Below are positions 57,561 through 64,000 of a stretch of 64,000 nt of DNA, piece after piece; the first letter of the stretch is position 1, and each line of letters begins with the position of its first letter. The notes under the pieces were generated by a model. It had not been told where the DNA came from and made no database searches. It saw only the letters and a program-made list of their open reading frames with translations. The stretch spans positions 32,001 through 96,000 of the forward strand of contig CAZLEV010000003.1 of NCBI GenBank assembly GCA_964558645.1, in the 5' to 3' direction. The translations under genes and the position numbers were made by a program. This stretch comes from an uncultured archaeon. Its GTDB lineage: Archaea > Asgardarchaeota > Thorarchaeia > Thorarchaeales > Thorarchaeaceae.

Positions 57561-58859
57561 TTAAGAGATGGGGTTGAAGATTTTCTCAAGAATATCAGTA
57601 GCCTTGTCAATATCCGCTTCTGTGGTAATCAGGGGCGGACAAAGACGAAGGGTGTTGTGATATACTCCGCCTGGAAACATAAGGAGTCCGTTCTTTGCTG
57701 AAGCCTCAATTATCGCTGCTGTTTCTTCCGGTGCCGGTTCATTAGTATTCGTTTCTTTGACCAGTTCTATTCCGAGCAGCAATCCGCATCCCCTAATCTG
57801 TCCGACAAGTGGATGCTCCCCGAGGATGTCATGGAGTCTTCTTCGAAGGTACTTCCCTGTTCTTGCGCATTGCTCAAGCAGGCTCTTTTCTTCAATTAGT
57901 GAGATAGTTGCAAGTGCAGCTGCACACGCAACAGGATTTCCTGAGAAAGTCCCTCCACCTCTGAAATGGGTCATGATATCCTTTCGCCCTATCACCGCCC
58001 CTAATGATAGCCCAGACGCCAAAGGTTTCGCCATATAGAGGAGATCAACTTCGACCTCCCAATTCTGAACGCCAAACCATTTTCCCGTCCTACCCATCCC
58101 AGTGACAACTTCATCAACTGCAATTAGGATTCCATATTCGTCACATAGTCTTCGCAGACCTTTCATGTATCCTTCGGGTAGAGGGACAACCCCTCCGTGT
58201 ACTTGTACGGGCTCTATGAAGAACACTGCTGTTTCGTCAGGGGGTATAACCTCGGTTTCAAGCTGATAACGGATGAATTCGAGGCATTCAAGTCTGCATG
58301 ATTCAGCTTCCCTGCTGAAGGGGCACCTGAAGCAGTATGGATATGGCACGTATAGAATGCCTGGCACTTGAGGGACACCGTACTTTCTGCCGTCAGGGCT
58401 TGTATTCAGTGCAAGTGCCCCCATAGAGGTCTGACCGTGAAAGCAACCGAAAGTACAGACCGCCATAGGTCTTCCAGAGTACTGTCTTGCTAATCTTAGA
58501 GAGAGTTCAGTAGCCTGAGAACCTGTGTTGCAGAATCCCACCATTCCCGACGACAACTCTTTTGGGGCTATTCTTTTGAGGGTCTCTGCAAGCACAACTC
58601 TCTGTTCGTTCATTACCCAGCCAAGTGATGTCAATCCTGTATGTTCTAGTTGCGTCATCACAGCTGACATGACTTCTGGAGGACAGTGGCCAAGATTGGC
58701 TGTCTGTCCCCCCGATGTGAAGTCGAGGTAGGAACGCCCCTGAATATCTTTCAGATGGATACCTTCCGCTTGAGTAATGAGCATGGAGGGGAATCTGTAG
58801 TTACGTGCGCATGATTCTGCGTTTCTTTCTATCCATGTGTTTTCCATTTCTTGTTTCAT
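57561..58859 (-). CDS. Class III PLP aminotransferase (GABA/ornithine/racemase-like)
   Basis: YLDFTSG, LGH, FHG, EPVQ, DEVVTGMGRTG, MAK, GTFSGNP. Confidence 0.93.
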   Translation of the reverse strand: MKQEMENTWIERNAESCARNYRFPSMLITQAEGIHLKDIQGRSYLDFTSGGQTANLGHCPPEVMSAVMTQLEHTGLTSLGWVMNEQRVVLAETLKRIAPKELSSGMVGFCNTGSQATELSLRLARQYSGRPMAVCTFGCFHGQTSMGALALNTSPDGRKYGVPQVPGILYVPYPYCFRCPFSREAESCRLECLEFIRYQLETEVIPPDETAVFFIEPVQVHGGVVPLPEGYMKGLRRLCDEYGILIAVDEVVTGMGRTGKWFGVQNWEVEVDLLYMAKPLASGLSLGAVIGRKDIMTHFRGGGTFSGNPVACAAALATISLIEEKSLLEQCARTGKYLRRRLHDILGEHPLVGQIRGCGLLLGIELVKETNTNEPAPEETAAIIEASAKNGLLMFPGGVYHNTLRLCPPLITTEADIDKATDILEKIFNPIS

Positions 58860-58903
58860 CTCGCATAAAGGTGATAATTGATCTACACGTGAACGATGTC
58901 TGG

Positions 58904-58934
58904 AAAAAAAGAGAGAAGCGCCCCGAAGGGCGCT
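58904..58934 (-). terminator. Intrinsic-type terminator with cUUCGg tetraloop after the SBP gene
   Basis: Minus strand AGCGCCC-TTCG-GGGCGCT then tctctcttttttt. Confidence 0.8.
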
Positions 58935-58966
58935 AGGAGGATCAGCAGTTCCAATGTTCTTCTAGG

Positions 58967-60586
58967 CTACGCGAAGTAGGCTCTGTGGTAATTGACATCC
59001 CACTGAAGCCCACCGAACCAGATACCTTGCAAGGAGGCGTCTCCGAACTGGAAGAGCTTAGGCCTGTAGAGGAAGATATTCGGAACCCATTCTGCCCAGA
59101 GTTCCTGAAGTTCGGTGACAAGCTCAATGAACTCGGTTTCGTTTGTTGTTCCTGCAGCTTGGGCGATGAGATCATCTATCGCAGGATAGAGGGGACCCAT
59201 GTCGCCTTCTGTGACTTTGCATCTGCCAGTTCCGTATCCATAGGAGGACATGAATGGAACGTTCCAGTTGTCTGCTGCTGGATAGTCTGCTCTCCACCGC
59301 CACAAGGTCATCTCCTGATTGTCAGTATTCCTGTACTGGTCTCTGAAGACACCAATTTCTTGAGTTTCGATTGTCACATCGAAGCCCGCGGCTAGGGCGT
59401 ATTCCTTAATGACCTGAAGCATATCGGCCTCCCGCGATGTGTAGCTACCCGAAGTGTAGATTGTCATCTCAATAGGAGTTTCGTATCCTGCGTCATCAAT
59501 GAGTTGGAGAGCCGTTGCCGGTTCATAGTCATAGGGGGAGACTTCAGCATACCCTGCGTACTCCGCGGGTAAGTAGCTGTAGAGCCTGTCTGCTTCGCCC
59601 TCGTAGACGGTATCAATGATAACGTCGTAGTTTATGGCGTAAGCAAAGGCCTGTCGCAGTAGCTTGTTGTTTGGGAATGTGTCGTGGACTGTGGTGTTAA
59701 AGTTGAATTGCAGCCAACGTGCAGAAGAAGCTGTGCTTATGTCGTAGCTCTGCAAGTCAGGATTTTCCAGAAGACTTGGATAGTCGTCTTCATTGAGTAC
59801 TCCTAGGCTAAGATCGACAGTTCCACGCTCAAGTGCCAGCTTAAGTGTAGAGGCATCTGGAATCACGATGTACTCAAGGGTCTGAATGCGATGGGTTTCA
59901 CCGGGAACTGCGTTCCACCAGTCAAGATGCGCATCGAGTATTGCTTCTTGATCTGTAACATAACTGGTGAGCTGGTATGGACCAGTACCGATATACTCGC
60001 CTTCATAGATTTCTAGTCCTGCGTCCCGTGCGGCCTCTGATGCAGTTGGACTGGGAATCTTACCCGGGACGGCGGCCAGCATGTATCTAAAAGCAACGTT
60101 TGGATAATTGAGAACAAATCGCACGGTGTAGGTATCAACAATCTCTGTCCTGTTAAGGAGAGCTTGATGGAACATGTATGTTATACCTTGCTGGATCTCA
60201 AACATGGAATCGAAGTGATCCTTGACAGCTGTTGCGTTGAAATCTGTCCCGTCCTGGAACTTGACGCCTTGTCGAAGAGAGAACGTCCATGTCAGACCAT
60301 CTTCGGAAACCTCGCCCATATCTGCCGCAAGAACAGGTTCAAGCTCGAAGATTTCTCCGTATTCATAACCAAACAGACCCTCGTAGATCTGCCTGATAAG
60401 ATCATTGTCTCCTCCTCTCGCTGTCTGAGGATGAAGGTTTCTTCCTATTTCTACTGGAGCCCCAAGAACCAAGGTAGTCCTGTCCTCAGCAGTTGTGGGA
60501 GTCAGTTGCCAAAGGTAAAGCAGACCTGCACTTTGGATTATAACTATAATCACCAGGACTGTAATTACCATCTTCTCTTTTTTCAA
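58967..60586 (-). CDS. ABC transporter substrate-binding protein, family 5 (peptide/opine/nickel), N-terminally anchored
   Basis: IYEGL, P.LA..., WTFSLRQGVKFQDGT.FNA.AV, GTGPY, LRQAFAYAIN. Confidence 0.94.
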   Translation of the reverse strand: MKKEKMVITVLVIIVIIQSAGLLYLWQLTPTTAEDRTTLVLGAPVEIGRNLHPQTARGGDNDLIRQIYEGLFGYEYGEIFELEPVLAADMGEVSEDGLTWTFSLRQGVKFQDGTDFNATAVKDHFDSMFEIQQGITYMFHQALLNRTEIVDTYTVRFVLNYPNVAFRYMLAAVPGKIPSPTASEAARDAGLEIYEGEYIGTGPYQLTSYVTDQEAILDAHLDWWNAVPGETHRIQTLEYIVIPDASTLKLALERGTVDLSLGVLNEDDYPSLLENPDLQSYDISTASSARWLQFNFNTTVHDTFPNNKLLRQAFAYAINYDVIIDTVYEGEADRLYSYLPAEYAGYAEVSPYDYEPATALQLIDDAGYETPIEMTIYTSGSYTSREADMLQVIKEYALAAGFDVTIETQEIGVFRDQYRNTDNQEMTLWRWRADYPAADNWNVPFMSSYGYGTGRCKVTEGDMGPLYPAIDDLIAQAAGTTNETEFIELVTELQELWAEWVPNIFLYRPKLFQFGDASLQGIWFGGLQWDVNYHRAYFA

Positions 60587-60720
60587 TCTTATTTACTCCT
60601 TCTCGTGTTTTTTCGATGGGAATAGTATATTCGTTATAGTCGAGCCATATAAAAAAGTACCGACCAATAATCTATTCTCTCCATACATATATAACGGGAT
60701 ATCCTATGAGTTTCAAGATT

Positions 60721-61848
60721 CTATAGGCGATATTTGGCATATTTGCCTTTACACGGGTTTCCGTCTGAGATCCAGAACTCCTTTCGACTCGGCAATGAGA
60801 TCATATTGGATAATGTGTGATGTGTTTCTCCGTGTCGGCAAATGGAGTTGTTTCCTTCAGGTGGTTGGTCACCGTACTTATGATCTGACATAATAGTCTG
60901 AACTCCATTAAGGTCTATGTGGCCATACTTTTCCCATCCGAGTTCTACTAACCTTTCATATCTTTTGAAAGTCGACATATAGTCTTCGACGCTTCTGGGC
61001 CCGAAATTCCTCATCTCCGGATTGTGATAGTGGTTTGTTGAAACAACGAAGTGGTTCCTCGTCTGTATAGTCATTATTCTCTTGGTTGAGAATGATATTC
61101 TTGCCATGTTTCCTTCACTGTCCACGACATCGACATTCTCTCCTGCGTGTGAGTAGTATGGTATTCTTCTCACCAGTTGAACGAATTCATCAACGCTACT
61201 ACATCTCTCGAGCCCAATTCTCGTTATTATCAGAGGCGGAAAACCGAAATCAGCATCTCTGAATTGAACAATGCCAGAACCCACGAATGCTAATCCCTTT
61301 TCATTAAATCCAATTACGGAGTTTCGACCAAGATTACCGGCTAGTCCTCTTCCAATGAAACGATATCGACCTTCGGGACTAATATGAAAGACTTGAGCTA
61401 GGCCTTTTCCATGCATCGTAAGGGGCCAATCCGAGTTCTGTGTTGCAATAGGCATTTCGTCAGCTGTTGCATCTCCAGCTGCCACAAAGGAAGAGCAATC
61501 GGAATCACCTGTCGCGGTAGGCGTTGAATCGACAGATGCACCTTTGGTGTGGCTCACAGTATCTCTGACCTCCCAGAAGAACAGAAGCATCAGTGCAGTC
61601 TCATAATCCAATTCGGCTCCTTCAGCAAGCCCTCTGGCCTCGTCAATGACTTCTGGAAACTCTGATCCGATGAGATCTTCATATCTCTTGGTTATTTTTC
61701 TGATGCCTTCATTTGAGAGGGCAAGTTCCTTCATTTCTGTTTCCACAAAGGGAATCACGTTGTTCGAAATGATACTTTGCAGTTGAGTTCCATGCTGCAC
61801 GCCTATTTCGTAATGGCTACCTGTAAATCGGTGCATTTTCTGTGTCAT
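60721..61848 (-). CDS. C45 family Ntn-hydrolase (close paralog of 54585-55670)
   Basis: GSHYEIG.QHG, DCSSF, QNSDW, GRGLAGNLGR, STNHY, SICRH. Confidence 0.9.
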   Translation of the reverse strand: MTQKMHRFTGSHYEIGVQHGTQLQSIISNNVIPFVETEMKELALSNEGIRKITKRYEDLIGSEFPEVIDEARGLAEGAELDYETALMLLFFWEVRDTVSHTKGASVDSTPTATGDSDCSSFVAAGDATADEMPIATQNSDWPLTMHGKGLAQVFHISPEGRYRFIGRGLAGNLGRNSVIGFNEKGLAFVGSGIVQFRDADFGFPPLIITRIGLERCSSVDEFVQLVRRIPYYSHAGENVDVVDSEGNMARISFSTKRIMTIQTRNHFVVSTNHYHNPEMRNFGPRSVEDYMSTFKRYERLVELGWEKYGHIDLNGVQTIMSDHKYGDQPPEGNNSICRHGETHHTLSNMISLPSRKEFWISDGNPCKGKYAKYRL

Positions 61849-62254
61849 ATTATATCGACTCTGGAATAAAGGAGCATTCCCGCAATAAATAGGTTACTTC
61901 TTCTGTTATATTGAGGATAAAACTCGATTATCAGACTTCAGCTGCAGCGCTTCTGTGTCCGGCATACAAGGTGCTGCTATATTCCTTTCTCAATTCTTCT
62001 TCAATGCTACAGGTAGTCGCCTCTTTAGTCAAGTACAGTCACGGCGTATCTGAGTTCTGAGAAGACGTGAAACAAATCGGACACAACACCGAGACTTGTT
62101 GTGGGACGGGATTCTAGTAGCGAGGGAGCATTAGAGCACCAAGGTTTCTCTTTTTGAGAATAGTCTCCCCGGGCGCACCTGGGTTAAAGCGCGTGAGCCA
62201 TTTCCGGCTACGACGATTTCCTGCAACCGGAACAGAAGGTTTGCAGCAGTTGAG

Positions 62255-63283
62255 TCAACTCTCTTCAATCCAGTTGCCGACCCCATGGCAAGCAACCCTC
62301 CTTCCTCCGAACTCCCTAAGCTGTGGTTCATCTGTCCTGCAGATGTCCTTAGAATATATACATCGTGTACTAAATCTACATCCAGGTGGTAAATCGACTG
62401 CGCTAGGCATCTCATCTTCAGATGGGAGCGATTGGAGGTGATGCTTGGTTCTAGGGTCGAGCGTAGCCAGTGCTGACTTGAGGAGCATGGTATATGGGTG
62501 ATACGGTTCTTCCAAGACATCCTTGCTTGGTCCTTCTTCTGCTATCCGTCCGAGATACATAATGCCAATCGTCTTGCACATGTACTGGGCGCTAGCCAAA
62601 TCGTGCGTTATGAGCAACATGGTGAGATCATGCTCATCCTTCAGTTGTCGAAGGAGGTTGAGTATTCCAGCTCTGACTGATAAATCCAACATGGAAACAG
62701 GCTCATCTGCCACTATGAATTTGGGGTTCAGCGCAAGTGCCCTTGCAATACTGAGTCTCTGCCGTTGCCCGCCACTAATCTGATTGGGATGTTTGCTGAG
62801 GAAGACTTCCGGAGGCACTAATCCAACATCTTCAAGGAGCTTGTAGACTCTTTCGTCCTTTTCTTCTTTGCACTCGCATATCTTATGGATTCGAAACGGC
62901 TCAGTGAGTATCTCGTCGGCCGTCAGCCTGACGGGCAGACTTGAGAATGGATCCTGATAGATAATCTGCATCTCGCGACGAAATGGTTTCATCTTCTTTC
63001 TTCCAAGATGGGAGATGTCATGACCCATGAATTGTAGAGATCCGTCGGTGGGTTCTAATAGCCGAATCAGAAGCTTTCCGAGTGTAGTCTTTCCACAGCC
63101 ACTCTCTCCTACTATGCCATACGTGGTCCCATCTTCAATCACGATGTCAACTCCATCGACGGCCTTGACATATGCGTTTGGGGCTCTGGATATGATTGCG
63201 CCGAGTCCCTTGCTTAGAGGGAACCATTTCTTCAAGTTCTGAGTCTGGATTATAGCTCGTTTGGCTTCATCTCTGCCTGACAT
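62255..63283 (-). CDS. Oligopeptide ABC transporter ATP-binding protein (OppF/DppF-like)
   Basis: GESGCGKTT, ISGGQRQR, ADEP, HPYT, GCRF..RC; start ATG 63283 just after the upstream stop. Confidence 0.94.
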   Translation of the reverse strand: MSGRDEAKRAIIQTQNLKKWFPLSKGLGAIISRAPNAYVKAVDGVDIVIEDGTTYGIVGESGCGKTTLGKLLIRLLEPTDGSLQFMGHDISHLGRKKMKPFRREMQIIYQDPFSSLPVRLTADEILTEPFRIHKICECKEEKDERVYKLLEDVGLVPPEVFLSKHPNQISGGQRQRLSIARALALNPKFIVADEPVSMLDLSVRAGILNLLRQLKDEHDLTMLLITHDLASAQYMCKTIGIMYLGRIAEEGPSKDVLEEPYHPYTMLLKSALATLDPRTKHHLQSLPSEDEMPSAVDLPPGCRFSTRCIYSKDICRTDEPQLREFGGRRVACHGVGNWIEES

Positions 63284-63287
63284 TGAA

Positions 63288-64000
63288 TCATACCTCTCTC
63301 CAGTTATGGCATTCAATATAGGATCTCTTGCGTCCTTCGATAGGCTCTCCGATTGGCTTGACATTTCTGCATATCTCAGTCATATACGGACATCTGGGAT
63401 GGAAGGGACATCCGCTTGGTGGACTCAGCAAATTCGGGGGAGTGCCTGGTATTACAGTCAGTTCCTTATCCAGCTGGTCTATAGTGGGAAACGATCCGAG
63501 GAGTCCCATTGTATATGGGTGCTTGGGCTCTAGAATCAAATCCTCTGCATATCCCGTTTCCATGATTCTGCCCGCGTACATAATCGCAATGCGTTCACAC
63601 ACCTCTGACAGGACAGCAAGGTCATGAGTGATCCACATCACTGAAAGACCCAGTTTCACCTTCAGATCGTGAATCATCTTCAGAATCGAATGCTGAACGA
63701 CAACATCCAAAGCCGTAGTAGGCTCGTCCAAGAACAAGACCTTTGGATCTGATATCAATGACATCGCAATGAGGACTCTTTGTTTCATTCCGCCTGAGAA
63801 CTCGTGAGGGTAGTTACTTATTCTAGATGGGTCAATCCCCACCATTTCTAGAAGTTTTCTTGCCTTGTCGAGTGCATCCCCTTTATTGAAATCGTCGTAT
63901 CTGGTTAGAGGTTCAATCATCTGGTCGGAAATCCTGAACATGGGATTGAGGGCATGCATCGATTGCTGCAAAACCAGTGCAAGGTCATTCCATCTGTATT
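63288..64000 (-). CDS. Oligopeptide ABC transporter ATP-binding protein (OppD/DppD-like), 5'-truncated by window edge
   Basis: YPHEFSGGMKQR, DEPTTALD, HPYT, GCPFHPRC. Confidence 0.94.
   Translation of the reverse strand, partial: YRWNDLALVLQQSMHALNPMFRISDQMIEPLTRYDDFNKGDALDKARKLLEMVGIDPSRISNYPHEFSGGMKQRVLIAMSLISDPKVLFLDEPTTALDVVVQHSILKMIHDLKVKLGLSVMWITHDLAVLSEVCERIAIMYAGRIMETGYAEDLILEPKHPYTMGLLGSFPTIDQLDKELTVIPGTPPNLLSPPSGCPFHPRCPYMTEICRNVKPIGEPIEGRKRSYIECHNWREV

Noticed and set aside
42189-58859. Ectoine degradation (DoeA/DoeB/DoeD) interpretation of M24 + M14 + class III aminotransferase
   Set aside because: The genes are in separate units, M24 keeps its full metal ligands, and no DoeC-like dehydrogenase is present in the window
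37829-61848. Penicillin/cephalosporin biosynthesis (C45 acyltransferase + class V epimerase-like)
   Set aside because: No ACV synthetase or IPNS; family membership alone does not imply this pathway
63284-63364. 77-nt overlap between the two Opp ATPase ORFs
   Set aside because: Disappears using ATG 63283, which has an RBS and follows the upstream stop
1-64000. tRNA, rRNA, CRISPR arrays, transposases, integrases
   Set aside because: None detected by inspection, so mobility of the accessory block is not supported by direct evidence in this window

Overview
Archaeal genomic DNA, most likely an Asgard archaeon of Thorarchaeia type. This is inferred from TFB, BRE/TATA promoters, bacterial-type MutS1/MutL, a cytoplasmic reductive dehalogenase and a group 3b [NiFe]-hydrogenase. 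Bases ~1-39 kb are mostly housekeeping and energy genes: 2-hydroxyacyl-CoA dehydratase plus activator, ABC exporters, mutL, mutS, tal/rpe, ADP-forming acyl-CoA synthetase alpha, the sulfhydrogenase operon, TldD/PmbA, an NADH oxidase/CoA-disulfide reductase, Macro/Nudix genes and tfb. A small variable patch (~10-15.9 kb) holds a decayed H+-PPase gene, a secreted-protein + ABC cassette and a decayed surface-protein gene. From ~39.2 kb to the end lies an accessory-looking block that starts with a tandem-wHTH/PD-(D/E)XK-like gene. It then encodes two MFS transporters, a peptide ABC importer, three C45 Ntn-hydrolases, M14/M19/M20/M24 hydrolases, three PLP enzymes, a cupin, PrpD-like and DUF proteins, several with conspicuously rewired active-site motifs. 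This block is the best candidate for an undescribed metabolic system. Other highlights are an RdhA fused to an ABCE1-like Fe-S domain, a candidate structured ncRNA opposite the tfb promoter, and a receptor-like membrane protein with Zn-ribbon + wHTH. No rRNA, tRNA, CRISPR array or transposase was seen. All family calls come from motif recognition by eye; no database searches were run.
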